The notes below the pieces were generated by a model, which saw nothing but the letters and a program-made list of their open reading frames with translations, ran no database searches and was not told where the DNA came from. The position numbers were made by a program, and so were the translations under genes. From Candidatus Nomurabacteria bacterium GW2011_GWE1_32_28 (GTDB lineage Bacteria; Patescibacteriota; Minisyncoccia; Phycocordibacterales; UBA9973): a DNA stretch of 64,000 nucleotides. Shown here in pieces: positions 1-9,931 of this stretch; positions within the stretch are counted from its first letter, which is position 1, and every line of letters begins with the position of its first letter. The DNA lies in NCBI GenBank assembly GCA_000989515.1, contig LBOM01000001.1, forward strand, positions 61,260 through 125,259, in the 5' to 3' direction.

Positions 1-60
1 TCTTATGCACCGAATGTTGATCTTGTTCCTACTTTTGATCAATAAAATCAATAACATAAT

Positions 61-378
61 ATGTTAATGGATTTATTATTTACAAATACAGCTTATGCAA
101 GTGTTGATTCTTTTGTTCAAAATATTAATAGGGTTATTATAAATCCTATTATAGTATTTCTTTTTGCTTTGGCAGTGTTTTATTTTTTGTATGGTCTCTT
201 TCAGTTTATTTCTAATCAAGAAAATGAAGAAGCAAAGACGAAAGGCAAGAATCACATAATGTGGGGGATTGTTGGGATAGTCATAATGATGGGAGTATTT
301 ACTATTTTAGGTGTTATTATGAAGACTTTCAACATAGAAGGAATAGATCCAGAACAGGGAACTGTTCAGTTTGATTAA
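61..378 (+). CDS. small two-helix membrane protein resembling T4SS pilin (TrbC/VirB2-like)
   Basis: 105 aa with an N-terminal hydrophobic segment, a central 'SNQENEEAKTKGK' loop and a second TM helix (IMWGIVGIVIMMGVFTILGVIM). This layout is typical of TrbC/VirB2-type pilins common in reduced genomes. The call is by eye only. Confidence 0.4.
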   Translation: MLMDLLFTNTAYASVDSFVQNINRVIINPIIVFLFALAVFYFLYGLFQFISNQENEEAKTKGKNHIMWGIVGIVIMMGVFTILGVIMKTFNIEGIDPEQGTVQFD

Positions 379-464
379 TTAGATTAATGGTTTGTAGCTA
401 AATATAAAAACATAAAAGCCAGCTTATAAGCTGGCTTTTATGTTTTTATATAAATTTTTGATAC

Positions 465-1220
465 TTAAGCGTGTTTCATTGGTTCTGACATATATACTTC
501 TTCTGAACGATGAACATATCTCCATAAGAATATTATTGCCACTATTAGTATTACAAAAAATATCCATTGGACGATACCATTTGGCATAAAGCTATTTGAT
601 CCGAGTAATGCATTTGCAGTCAAGCTACCATAATTTTCATCTATATTATTTGTAGATACTGTGTTGTTTGTTTCTATAGTATTTGTATTGATTATATCAG
701 TAGTATTGTTGTTTATTGTTTTATTAGTTGTAGAAATAACAGTGTTATTTTTTATAGTGAAGATAGAAGCATTTGAATATCCTCCACCTGGTTCACCATT
801 AAAAACAGTTAAAAAGAATTTATCTTGGTTGTATACATCACTAGGATAAATATCTACCATAAGATGATTAGAATCTATAAAAATAGTCACACGGTCAGAA
901 TTATTTTTTCTAATTACTGAATTTGGAGTAAAGCCACTTCCGGTAATAATGATAGTTGTTTTGTTTCTTATTTCATCTATAGAATTTGGTTCTATGGATG
1001 AAATAGTTGGTGATGGATTATAGTTTGTTTTTTTACTAATAATATAAGGAGGATATAGACTAGATTCTATATAAGCCTTAGTTTCTGTTGGTAAAAAAAC
1101 TATTATACTAAAAACTGAAATAGCCAATATTTCTAAGGTTAAAAGTATTTTATTTGTTATTATTTTATTATTTATATTACTCATACTAATAAGTATAGCA
1201 CTTATTAATACAAAAGTCAA
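465..1220 (-). CDS. membrane-anchored surface protein with IPT/TIG-like domain and Asn/Thr-rich stalk
   Basis: 251 aa with an N-terminal signal-anchor and an IPT/TIG-like stretch (PTISSIEPNSIDEIRNKTTIIITGSGFTPNSV...GEPGGGYSNASIFTI). A long N/T-rich low-complexity region follows, then a C-terminal TM helix. Confidence 0.5.
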   Translation of the reverse strand: MTFVLISAILISMSNINNKIITNKILLTLEILAISVFSIIVFLPTETKAYIESSLYPPYIISKKTNYNPSPTISSIEPNSIDEIRNKTTIIITGSGFTPNSVIRKNNSDRVTIFIDSNHLMVDIYPSDVYNQDKFFLTVFNGEPGGGYSNASIFTIKNNTVISTTNKTINNNTTDIINTNTIETNNTVSTNNIDENYGSLTANALLGSNSFMPNGIVQWIFFVILIVAIIFLWRYVHRSEEVYMSEPMKHA

Positions 1221-1221
1221 G

Positions 1222-1303
1222 TGCTGGAGGAGGGACTCGAACCCTCAAACCTTGCGGTACTAGTTCCTAAGACTAGCGCGTATACCAATTCCGCCACTCC
1301 AGC
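1222..1303 (-). tRNA. tRNA-Leu (anticodon TAG), long variable arm
   Basis: The reverse complement gives GCTGGAG acceptor, a D-arm, anticodon loop CUUAGGA, a long variable arm, T-arm GAGGG-TTCGAGT-CCCTC and acceptor CTCCAGC plus discriminator A. Confidence 0.85.
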
Positions 1304-1342
1304 AATATGATTTAAAAAACTCAAGTTAAAAATTTTAACTTG

Positions 1343-1415
1343 TCCGCCCACCAGGGATCGAACCTGGGACATTCTCCTTAAGAGGGAGCTACTCTACCAG
1401 CTGAGTTATGGGCGG
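1343..1415 (-). tRNA. tRNA-Lys (anticodon CTT)
   Basis: The 73-nt cloverleaf on the minus strand has D-arm ACTC-AGCTGGTA-GAGT, anticodon loop CTCTTAA and T-arm CCAGG-TTCGATC-CCTGG. The acceptor is CCGCCCA/TGGGCGG, so the first pair is C1-G72. Confidence 0.8.
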
Positions 1416-1452
1416 TAAAAATAATTATCAATTATAAATCACTAATTGATTG

Positions 1453-1534
1453 TGCCCGAGGTGGGAATCGAACCCACATCCCTTGCGAGACACGATTTTA
1501 AGTCGTGCGCGTATACCAGTTCCGCCACTCGGGC
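1453..1534 (-). tRNA. tRNA-Leu (anticodon TAA), long variable arm
   Basis: Acceptor GCCCGAG/CTCGGGC with discriminator A, anticodon stem-loop CACGA-CTTAAAA-TCGTG, a long variable arm and T-arm GTGGG-TTCGATT-CCCAC. Confidence 0.85.
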
Positions 1535-1586
1535 AATTATAAAACCAACTTATCTATTATATATTTTTATTTTCAAATTACAATTG

Positions 1587-1658
1587 AGGCCTGGGGCGGA
1601 ATTGAACCGCCGCATAGAGATTTTGCAGATCTCTGCCTTACCACTTGGCTACCAGGCC
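1587..1658 (-). tRNA. tRNA-Cys (anticodon GCA)
   Basis: 72 nt with acceptor GGCCTGG/CCAGGCC and discriminator U73, which is typical of tRNA-Cys. Anticodon loop is CTGCAAA and T-arm GGCGG-TTCAATT-CCGCC. Confidence 0.85.
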
Positions 1659-1673
1659 TTAAGTTTATGAAGT

Positions 1674-1994
1674 CTAACCATTTCTGAGTAATTCGTCAAT
1701 TTTTTGTCTGTTTTTTTCTCCACGATCAATTTGTATATCTATAAAAGGGATTGTTTTTATTTGCATATTTTTCTTTAAGAAAGTGCGCAATTCTCCTCTT
1801 TTTCGTTTTGCAAAATCTAAGGCATCGTGTTCTTTTTCGTTTGGAAGAACTGTTATAAAGATAGTTGCACGTTTTAGATCAGGAGAAACATCAGAATAGG
1901 TTACTGTAATCAGAGACGTATGATTATTTTCACGTCCTAAAAATTGAGCACTTAATTCTTTTATAAAGTTTCCTACTTTTTCATTTCTTTCCAT
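1674..1994 (-). CDS. rbfA: ribosome-binding factor A
   Basis: 106 aa, similar to RbfA by eye. It lies immediately downstream of infB in the conserved infB-rbfA order. Confidence 0.75.
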   Translation of the reverse strand: MERNEKVGNFIKELSAQFLGRENNHTSLITVTYSDVSPDLKRATIFITVLPNEKEHDALDFAKRKRGELRTFLKKNMQIKTIPFIDIQIDRGEKNRQKIDELLRNG

Positions 1995-3544
1995 TATTTT
2001 TGTGTTACATTAAATGATTCTATAATATCTCCTTCTACAATTTCCATTTTTGATTCGATCATCATTCCGAATTCTGCACCTTCTTCAACTTCTTTTACTT
2101 TTACTTTACTTTTTTCTAGATTTACTATTTTACCACGTCCAATTTCAAATTCTCTTCGCATTATTTTTACTGTTTTGTTTAATACTATACGTCCTTCTAT
2201 TGTTTTTCCACCTAGTATTTGACGTTCCTTGCTTTTATTAAAAACTCTAAGAATCTTTGCTTTTCCAATTGTTTCAACTGTTTCTATTTTAGGTCTTCTT
2301 TCTTCCATTTCAGCTTCAAGCCATTCTGTCATTTTGTATATAATATCAAAAAAAGAAATAGTTATTCCTCTTTTTTCTGCTAATTCAATTGCACTTTTGT
2401 CTATCTTGACGTTAAATCCGATTACTAATATATTTTCAGATCCACTTATTGTTTTTATATCTGATTCTCCTATAGGTCCTACTCCTTTTTGTATAATCTT
2501 AAATTTAGCATTTTTACTTACAGTAGCGTTAAATTCGTAGTTTATTTTATTTATTTCTTTTTCTATCGCTTCTAGTGAACCTGAAATATCAGCTTTTAAT
2601 ATTATTGGAATTATTTTTGTATCTGTTTGTAAAAATGAATTATCTTGTTTTTGTTTATCTTGTTTGTTGTTAGAAATTTTATCTTTTTCCCAATCATTAA
2701 TATATTTTTCTACATCTTTTTTGTTTTTAAAAGATTTAAATTCTGCACCTATTTTGGGAATTTTCGAGAAGCCGATAAGACGCGCAGGAGAAGAGAAACT
2801 TGCTTCAGATATTTTTTCTCCTAAAAAGTTTTCCATAATATTTGTAGAGCAAGTACTATCTTCTACTACAATAGTCATTCCTTTGAGCAGGGTTCCATTT
2901 TTAATGATAATAGTTGCTACTATTCCACGCTTGGGATCAAGATTTGCTTCAAGTATAAAACCAGAAGCATTTTCTTCTCTATCTCCAACAAAATTTTCCA
3001 TTTCAGCAAGAATATTTATTAAAGATAATAGATCATCTATTCCTTTTCCTGTTTTAGCAGAGATTTCAACAAATGGTATTTTGCCACCATAATTTTCAAG
3101 ATATATTTCATTTTCTGCTAATTCTGTTTTTGTTTTTTCAATATTTGCATTTTCTTTATCTATTTTATTTATTGCAACTATACATGGTATTTTATTTTCA
3201 ACTATAGTTTTCCAAGCTTCAATTGTTTGTGTTTTTACACCATCTTCAGCAGAAACAATTAAAATAGCAATATCAGCAATCTGACACCCTCGTTCGCGCA
3301 TTTTTGAAAAAGATTCATGTCCTGGGGTGTCAATGAAAGTTATTTTCTTTTTTTGTTTTGTGTCTGTTTGTGTATGTATAACTTCATAAGCAGAGGTATT
3401 TTGAGTTATCCCACCTATTTCTTTCTCTACTATGTTTGTTTCTCTAATATAATCCAAAAGTGTAGATTTACCATGGTCAATATGCCCCATTATTACAACT
3501 ACTGGTGATCGTTCTATGTTTTTATTTTCATTTATTTTTTCCAT
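1994..3544 (-). CDS. infB: translation initiation factor IF-2 (short form lacking N-terminal domains)
   Basis: G-domain motifs VVVIMGHIDHGKSTLLD and DTPGHESF, then NKIDK, then the IF-2 C-terminal beta-barrel domains. The protein is 516 aa. Confidence 0.9.
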   Translation of the reverse strand: MEKINENKNIERSPVVVIMGHIDHGKSTLLDYIRETNIVEKEIGGITQNTSAYEVIHTQTDTKQKKKITFIDTPGHESFSKMRERGCQIADIAILIVSAEDGVKTQTIEAWKTIVENKIPCIVAINKIDKENANIEKTKTELAENEIYLENYGGKIPFVEISAKTGKGIDDLLSLINILAEMENFVGDREENASGFILEANLDPKRGIVATIIIKNGTLLKGMTIVVEDSTCSTNIMENFLGEKISEASFSSPARLIGFSKIPKIGAEFKSFKNKKDVEKYINDWEKDKISNNKQDKQKQDNSFLQTDTKIIPIILKADISGSLEAIEKEINKINYEFNATVSKNAKFKIIQKGVGPIGESDIKTISGSENILVIGFNVKIDKSAIELAEKRGITISFFDIIYKMTEWLEAEMEERRPKIETVETIGKAKILRVFNKSKERQILGGKTIEGRIVLNKTVKIMRREFEIGRGKIVNLEKSKVKVKEVEEGAEFGMMIESKMEIVEGDIIESFNVTQK

Positions 3545-3999
3545 TATATTTTTGCTTTATTTAAAACTTCTTTTTCTTCTGTGGTTAGTTCATATTCTGA
3601 AGTTCCATTTTTGATTGGTTTTGCAAATATACTCATTCTTTCTCTTGAATATAGACTTGAAAATACCACTCCATCACCATCTTCATTTACCATACCAACA
3701 GCAAAACTCTGATTGCTGCCTTGATCAGGAAAAGGATTGAATCGTATTGTTTCTAAACCTCTGATACTTTTTTTAAGTTTTTGATTTATGTCGACGATAT
3801 CTTTTTCTATTTTTTCTTTTGCTAATTTTAATTTTGAGATGTTTTCTTCTAATGTTTCTATATTTTCTTCTAAGTCTTTAGCTTTTTTGCCAGCAAAAAA
3901 TCTTTTTAAACGTTTTTCTGTCTTTATTATCCAAGCAAAATTTAAGAAGGTAGTAATTCCAAAAAAGATAAATAAAATTGTTTCGAGCTTTATATTCAT
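3544..3999 (-). CDS. hypothetical membrane-anchored coiled-coil protein
   Basis: 151 aa with an N-terminal TM helix and a Lys/Glu-rich predicted coiled coil. It sits where nusA usually lies upstream of infB. Confidence 0.45.
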   Translation of the reverse strand: MNIKLETILFIFFGITTFLNFAWIIKTEKRLKRFFAGKKAKDLEENIETLEENISKLKLAKEKIEKDIVDINQKLKKSIRGLETIRFNPFPDQGSNQSFAVGMVNEDGDGVVFSSLYSRERMSIFAKPIKNGTSEYELTTEEKEVLNKAKI

Positions 4000-4023
4000 A
4001 TCGTTTCAATATATACTATTTTA

Positions 4024-5184
4024 ATGGTAAAATCAAACCAAAAATTAAAGAAAATATATTTAGATTATGCTGCATCTATATCAGCAAATCCGAGTTCTCT
4101 ACATATTTTAGGAATAGAAGCTAAATTAAAACTTCAAAATGCTCGAATAGAAGTTGCTAGTTTTTTAAAAGCTAGACCTCAAGAAATAATCTTTACAAGT
4201 GGAGGAACAGAATCTAATAATCTTGCAATACAAGGAGTAATTAATAAATTTTTTGAATTAGACTTTAAATTTATTCCACATATTATTACGACAAACATAG
4301 AACATCCTTCTGTTTTGGAAACTTTTAAAATACTTAAAAAAAGAAAATTAGTAGAAGTTTCTTTTGTCTCAGTTGAAAAAAGTGGAATAGTTGATCCTAA
4401 AAAAATAAAAAAAGAAATAAAAAACAATACTATACTTATATCTGTTATGTATGCAAATAACGAAATTGGTACTATTCAACCAATAAAAGAAATTGCAAAG
4501 GAGATTAGGTATTATAAAAAATATAAAAAAAATCTTTCTATTTTTCCATTATTTCATACTGATGCCGTACAAGCAGTAAATTATTTAGATTTAAATGTAG
4601 AAAAACTCGGTGTAGATTTGCTTTCACTTTCTGGGACAAAAATAGAAGATGCAGGAAGAGTTGGTGTTTTATATAAAAAGAATTCTGTTAAAATTTCGGC
4701 AATATTTGGTGGAGGAGATCAAGAGATGGGGCTACGTCCAGGAACAGAGAATTTAAAAGAAATTTTAAAATTTTCTAATGCATTAAAATTTTTACAAAAA
4801 AATAAAGATAAAGAAAATGAAAGATTAAGTAAACTCAGAGATTATTTTATTAAAAAATTATTAAAAAGTTTTTCAAATATTATTCTTAATGGAGATTTAG
4901 AAGAAAGATTGCCAAATAATATAAATATCACTTTTTTAAAAATTCCTAGTGATTTATTGGTTATAGAACTTTCTGCAAAGGGGATTATGGTTTCTTCAAA
5001 AAGTGCTTGTAGTAGTTCTCAAAAAGGGGGTTCTTATGTCATAGAGTCTATTAATTCTGAATTAGATAAAGAAATAGGTGGAGTACGTTTCTCCTTAGGT
5101 AAAAAAACAAATAAAGCTGATATTGATTATACAATCAAAGTTTTGTTTAAAATTTTAGAAAAATTAAAAAAGTGGTATAAATAA
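4024..5184 (+). CDS. cysteine desulfurase (class V aminotransferase, IscS/NifS family)
   Basis: N-terminal IYLDYAAS, PLP-lysine region SLSGTKI and C-terminal catalytic cysteine loop SSKSACSSS. Confidence 0.75.
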   Translation: MVKSNQKLKKIYLDYAASISANPSSLHILGIEAKLKLQNARIEVASFLKARPQEIIFTSGGTESNNLAIQGVINKFFELDFKFIPHIITTNIEHPSVLETFKILKKRKLVEVSFVSVEKSGIVDPKKIKKEIKNNTILISVMYANNEIGTIQPIKEIAKEIRYYKKYKKNLSIFPLFHTDAVQAVNYLDLNVEKLGVDLLSLSGTKIEDAGRVGVLYKKNSVKISAIFGGGDQEMGLRPGTENLKEILKFSNALKFLQKNKDKENERLSKLRDYFIKKLLKSFSNIILNGDLEERLPNNINITFLKIPSDLLVIELSAKGIMVSSKSACSSSQKGGSYVIESINSELDKEIGGVRFSLGKKTNKADIDYTIKVLFKILEKLKKWYK

Positions 5185-5229
5185 TTTTACTACTGGAAAA
5201 ATACTTAACACTTGTGATATAATCTTAAA

Positions 5230-6012
5230 ATGGATGTAAAAGAATTAAATAAATCACAATTAATAATGCTTGCGATATTGCTTTCTTTCATAACTTCTAT
5301 TGCAACAGGAATAGTCACAGTAACTTTAATGCAACAAGCACCAGCATCTGTTACTGTACCTATAAATCGTGTAGTTAGGGAGACGGTTGAAAAGATAGTT
5401 CCACAAGAAGGCAATACTATTACAAACACAATCATTATAAAAGAGGAAGATTTAGTTGTGGATGCTATTTCTAAAAATCAATCAGCAGTTTTTTCTATAA
5501 CAAAAGAGATCTTAGACTTAGATGGTAAAACTACTGAAGTCGGATCTGGAAGAGGATTTGTAGTTTCTGATGATGGAATAATTGTAGCTGACAATGCTCT
5601 TGTTTCAGAAGGACAAGTTTATTATGTTAAAAACAATAGTGGAAAGTTTAAAGCAGATTTTGTTTTATCTGATGCAAGTGGATTCTCATTTCTTAAGATA
5701 GGTGCTCCACTTGATGAAAAAAACAAAATTGCTTTTTCTGTTCCAGTCTTTGGTGATTTAAGTAAAATGAAAGCAGGGCAGAAGGTTTTGATTTTAGGTA
5801 ATGTGATATCATCTTTTATGTTTGAAGGTGATAGAGATATTAATATAAATGTTACAAAATCAAATTCTGGTGGATTAGTCCTTAATCTAGATGGTGAAGC
5901 TATAGGAATAGCATTATCTGGTGATACTTTGTCTTTTAGTTCAATTGATTCTATTAGAGAAGCTCTAAAATCTAAAGACGCTACACTAAATACTGAAATA
6001 AAAACACCATAA
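5230..6012 (+). CDS. membrane-anchored trypsin-like (HtrA-family) protease homolog, possibly inactive
   Basis: N-terminal TM anchor, then a GSGRGFVVSDDGIIVADNALV stretch and SNSGGLVLNLDGEAIGIAL, which aligns to the HtrA GNSGGPLVN serine motif. The catalytic His position reads Ala and the Asp position appears lost, judged by eye. Confidence 0.5.
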   Translation: MDVKELNKSQLIMLAILLSFITSIATGIVTVTLMQQAPASVTVPINRVVRETVEKIVPQEGNTITNTIIIKEEDLVVDAISKNQSAVFSITKEILDLDGKTTEVGSGRGFVVSDDGIIVADNALVSEGQVYYVKNNSGKFKADFVLSDASGFSFLKIGAPLDEKNKIAFSVPVFGDLSKMKAGQKVLILGNVISSFMFEGDRDININVTKSNSGGLVLNLDGEAIGIALSGDTLSFSSIDSIREALKSKDATLNTEIKTP

Positions 6013-6093
6013 AATAAGTAATTACGAATTAAAAATTACGAATTACGAATTAAAATTTGAAATTAATAATTTGAAATTGAGAATTAAATATAT

Positions 6094-8802
6094 ATGCCAC
6101 CACTTAATAAATTTACAACTAAATCAAAAGATGCAATCAAAAAAGCTCATGAACTAGCTATTGAGCGTGGACAAAACCATGTATCTTCTTTGCATTTACT
6201 TGCCGCGCTTTTATTACAAGAAGAAAGTATGGTAAATTCTATTTTAGATAGATTAGAAATAGATACTATGTTTTTAACTGATTCTATTTTAGAAGCCATT
6301 GAAACTCCAGAATCTCATAGTACTCTTTCTCCTGCATATCAGATTTATCTTAATCCTGATTTAGCACAAGTGATAGAACATTCAGTAAAATTATCAGAAT
6401 ATATGAAAGATGATTTTGTTTCAACTGAACATCTTTTTATTGCTATGCTAGAAATTACTGGAGAAGCACGAGAAGTTTTGGCACGTTTTAGAATTCTCAA
6501 AGAGCCTGTCATGAAAGTATTAGAAGAGCTTCGTAGTCAAAATATTACTGATGTATCAGAACCTAAAAAATTTAGATTACTTTTAAAATATACTCGCAAC
6601 TTAACAAAACTAGCAAAAGAAGATAAATTAGATCCGGTTATAGGCCGTGATAATGAAATAATGCGTATTATACAAATTCTTTCTCGTAGGACAAAGAATA
6701 ATCCTATTTTAATAGGAGAGGCTGGAACTGGAAAGACGGCAGTAGTAGAGGGCTTAGCTGAGCGTATTGCAAAAAATAATGTTCCGGAATCTTTAAAAGA
6801 CAAAGAACTTGTTTCTCTTGATCTAGGTTCTCTTATAGCAGGTACAAAATATCGAGGAGAGTTTGAAGAAAGATTAAAGGGTATAATGAAAGAGATAGAA
6901 AGAGCTGAAGGAAAAGTTATTCTTTTTATTGACGAGATTCATACTATTGTAGGTGCTGGAGGATCAGAAGGTACGATGGATGCTTCAAATATGTTGAAGC
7001 CTGCGCTTTCTCGTGGAGAGTTGAGAGCAATAGGTGCAACTACATTAAAAGAATATCAAAAATATATTGAAAAGGATCCGGCATTAGCTCGTCGTTTTCA
7101 GCCTGTCTATATTGATGAACCAAATGTTGAAGATGCTATTACTATTCTTCGTGGACTTAAAGAGAAATATGAACTTTTTCATGGAGTACGAATTACTGAT
7201 AATGCAATAATTTCGTCAGTAAATCTTTCTACTCGTTATGTCACAAATAGATTCTTACCAGATAAAGCAGTGGATTTAATTGATGAGGCTTCTTCTTCTT
7301 TAAAAATTGCACTTGAAAATAAGCCACCTATTTTAGAAGATACACATAGAAAAATAATGCGTTTAGAGATTGAAAAGGAGGCACTTAAAAAAGAGATTGA
7401 AAATAAATCAGAAGATAGTAAAAGTACAAAAAATAGAATAAAAGAAATAGATAAAGAAATTGCAAATTTTAGTGAAAAAACAAAAGAGCTTGAATTAAAA
7501 TGGCAGAATGAAAAAGATATTGTGATTGAAATTCGTTTGATTAAAAAAGAATTAGATACTTTACGTTTATCTGCTGAAGATGCAGAAATGAAGGCTGATT
7601 TGTCTCGTGCTGCAGAAATACGTTATGGAAAAGTTCCTACTCTTAAAAAAGAATTAGAAACAAAACTTTTGCGTTTGAAAAAACTTCAAAAATCACGAAG
7701 GATTTTAAAAGAAGAAGTTACTGAAGAAGATATTGCAGAAGTCGTCGCACGTTGGACTGGTATTCCTCTTACTAAAATGTTAGAAGAAGATCGTGAAAAA
7801 CTTCAGAGAATAGAAGAAGAATTAAAAAAGAGGGTAGTAGGTCAAGATGAAGCAATAAAACGTGTTAGTGACGTAATTCGTCGTTCTCGTGCAGGAATAG
7901 GAGATCCAGAGAGACCAAGTGGATCATTTATATTCTTGGGTCCTACTGGTGTTGGTAAAACAGAACTTACAAAAGCTCTTGCTCAATTTATGTTTAATGA
8001 TGATAGTGCTCTTATAAGAGTAGATATGTCTGAGTATATGGAGAAACATTCAATATCAAAATTGATTGGTTCACCTCCTGGGTATGTTGGCTATGATGAA
8101 TCAGGACAACTTACTGAATCTGTTAGACATCGTCCATATTCTGTGATTCTTTTTGATGAGATTGAAAAAGCTCATCCTGAAATTTTTAATATGTTGCTTC
8201 AAGTAATAGATGAAGGAAGATTAACAGATGGAAAAGGTAGAGTAGTTAATTTTAAGAATACTATTATTATTCTTACTTCAAATATTGGTTCCCAATTTGT
8301 TGAGAAAATGGAATCAATTGGATTTTCTAATAATTCTGATAAAGAGAATTATAGCAACATGAAAGAAAAAGTAATGGAAGCCATGAAGGATCATTTTCGA
8401 CCAGAATTTATAAATCGATTAGATGAAATAATTATATTTGATATTTTAACAGAAGAAGCCATCAAAGAGATAGTTAATTTAAGGATAAAGGTTGTAAAAG
8501 AAAGACTCCTTGCCAAGAATATAGATTTTAAAATTTCTGATGATGCTTTGTCTTACTTAGCAAAAGAAGGATATAACCCACATTATGGTGCAAGACCACT
8601 TAATCGTTTAGTTCAGAATAAGATTTTGAATCCTGTAGCAAATTATATTATTTCTAATAGTGCAAAAGGTGGAGATACAATTTTTGTTTCTTTAAAAAAT
8701 AATGAACTTATTATTGAAACAAAAAAAGGTCATACCAAAGGACAGATAAATAAAATAAAAAGCTCAATAAATATAGATTCTAAGCTTTCAAGTAAAATTT
8801 AG
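6094..8802 (+). CDS. clpB: ATP-dependent chaperone ClpB
   Basis: 902 aa with an N-domain, two AAA+ modules ([15 protein letters not shown] and [15 protein letters not shown]) and a long coiled-coil middle domain. Confidence 0.9.
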   Translation: MPPLNKFTTKSKDAIKKAHELAIERGQNHVSSLHLLAALLLQEESMVNSILDRLEIDTMFLTDSILEAIETPESHSTLSPAYQIYLNPDLAQVIEHSVKLSEYMKDDFVSTEHLFIAMLEITGEAREVLARFRILKEPVMKVLEELRSQNITDVSEPKKFRLLLKYTRNLTKLAKEDKLDPVIGRDNEIMRIIQILSRRTKNNPILIGEAGTGKTAVVEGLAERIAKNNVPESLKDKELVSLDLGSLIAGTKYRGEFEERLKGIMKEIERAEGKVILFIDEIHTIVGAGGSEGTMDASNMLKPALSRGELRAIGATTLKEYQKYIEKDPALARRFQPVYIDEPNVEDAITILRGLKEKYELFHGVRITDNAIISSVNLSTRYVTNRFLPDKAVDLIDEASSSLKIALENKPPILEDTHRKIMRLEIEKEALKKEIENKSEDSKSTKNRIKEIDKEIANFSEKTKELELKWQNEKDIVIEIRLIKKELDTLRLSAEDAEMKADLSRAAEIRYGKVPTLKKELETKLLRLKKLQKSRRILKEEVTEEDIAEVVARWTGIPLTKMLEEDREKLQRIEEELKKRVVGQDEAIKRVSDVIRRSRAGIGDPERPSGSFIFLGPTGVGKTELTKALAQFMFNDDSALIRVDMSEYMEKHSISKLIGSPPGYVGYDESGQLTESVRHRPYSVILFDEIEKAHPEIFNMLLQVIDEGRLTDGKGRVVNFKNTIIILTSNIGSQFVEKMESIGFSNNSDKENYSNMKEKVMEAMKDHFRPEFINRLDEIIIFDILTEEAIKEIVNLRIKVVKERLLAKNIDFKISDDALSYLAKEGYNPHYGARPLNRLVQNKILNPVANYIISNSAKGGDTIFVSLKNNELIIETKKGHTKGQINKIKSSINIDSKLSSKI

Positions 8803-8817
8803 ATCAATATTAAAAAT

Positions 8818-8843
8818 ACCAAGAGGAAACTCTTGGTATTTTT
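8818..8843 (+). terminator. rho-independent terminator after clpB
   Basis: Hairpin ACCAAGAG-GAAA-CTCTTGGT followed by ATTTTT. Confidence 0.7.
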
Positions 8844-9040
8844 AATATGGTGCGCTGTACTCGAGAATGTTAGAACTGAATTAATGAATTATAGGGGTGA
8901 GTTGTATATCCCCAACCTTTCTATGTGGGCAGAAAGACAAATGTGATTTTACCCCACACCCTTGTATACTATATGTTTGAGGGGCATAGATGTGAGGAAA
9001 GATCAATATCGATGACTCTTTGATAGGTACTTAGTAAAGA

Positions 9041-9931
9041 TTACTTATACCAATCTCCGGATCCAACATATTCTTTAAAGGTTTTTAATACTAGTAAGGT
9101 TACTTTACCTACTTTGCCGTTTCCAATAAAACTATTATCTACTTGTACAACAGGGGCTACTTCTTTACCGCTACTTGCAAGAAAAACTTCATCTGCTTCT
9201 AATAAAAAATCTAAGTTAAAATCTTTCTCAATTACCTCAAAATCGTCCTTGAGATTATTTACAATAACACCTCTTGCTGAACCATAAAAAACATTATTTT
9301 TAGGTGTATAAATTTTACCGTCTTTGATAACAAAAATATTACTATTAGATGTTTCAAACACTTGTTCTTCTGAATAATATAGAGGTTCAAATATACCCTT
9401 TTCTTTATTAAGATGTGCTTGTTTAATTCCTTCTATGTAATTAAAATTCTTTGCTTTAGGCACATCTCTTTTATATTTTATAGTATTTAATATAACACCC
9501 TCACTGTAGATTGTAGGATCTTTTACTTTAAATGTATCCATGAATATAATAATAGTTGGTTCACTTTTTTGATACATAGAATCAGAAACTCCACCAGAAA
9601 TATGAATCCTTATGCTTTTTTCTTTACCATCATTATTTAATTCTAATAATTTATTTACTGCTTGTTCAATTTCTGAAAAAGAAAAATTATGCCTAAGTTC
9701 TATTAATTTAGTAGATTCCATAAGTCTATCTATGTGTTCTTTTAACTTGAAAGCCCTTCCTTTGTAAGTTCTTATGTATTCAAACACACCGTATCCTCTT
9801 GAGTATCCCAAGTCTCTCGGAGAAATAAGTAACTCTTTTTCATCAACAAAGTTGCCATTTAAATATTGTTTATAGTTTTGCATATTATTTATATATAATA
9901 TATTATTACGAAATTTCTTTTCTGCATTCAA
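9041..9931 (-). CDS. class IV aminotransferase (branched-chain / D-amino-acid aminotransferase family)
   Basis: 296 aa, similar by eye to the IlvE/Dat fold-type IV PLP enzymes (GYGVFEYIRTY, EHIDRLMES). Confidence 0.65.
   Translation of the reverse strand: MNAEKKFRNNILYINNMQNYKQYLNGNFVDEKELLISPRDLGYSRGYGVFEYIRTYKGRAFKLKEHIDRLMESTKLIELRHNFSFSEIEQAVNKLLELNNDGKEKSIRIHISGGVSDSMYQKSEPTIIIFMDTFKVKDPTIYSEGVILNTIKYKRDVPKAKNFNYIEGIKQAHLNKEKGIFEPLYYSEEQVFETSNSNIFVIKDGKIYTPKNNVFYGSARGVIVNNLKDDFEVIEKDFNLDFLLEADEVFLASSGKEVAPVVQVDNSFIGNGKVGKVTLLVLKTFKEYVGSGDWYK

Noticed and set aside
1446-1687. Two overlapping plus-strand ORFs (74 and 60 aa) across the tRNA cluster
   Set aside because: They overlap tRNA-Leu(TAA) and tRNA-Cys on the opposite strand. 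Their translations merely reflect the tRNA sequences.
2050-3508. Four plus-strand ORFs (63-142 aa) inside infB
   Set aside because: They are antisense to the conserved IF-2 G-domain and beta-barrels, with hydrophobic low-complexity translations typical of AT-rich antisense frames.
6019-6060. Possibility that the AATTACG heptamer array is CIRCE or another known heat-shock operator
   Set aside because: CIRCE is TTAGCACTC-N9-GAGTGCTAA. The array has no such dyad, and the same array also sits in a ribosomal-protein spacer.
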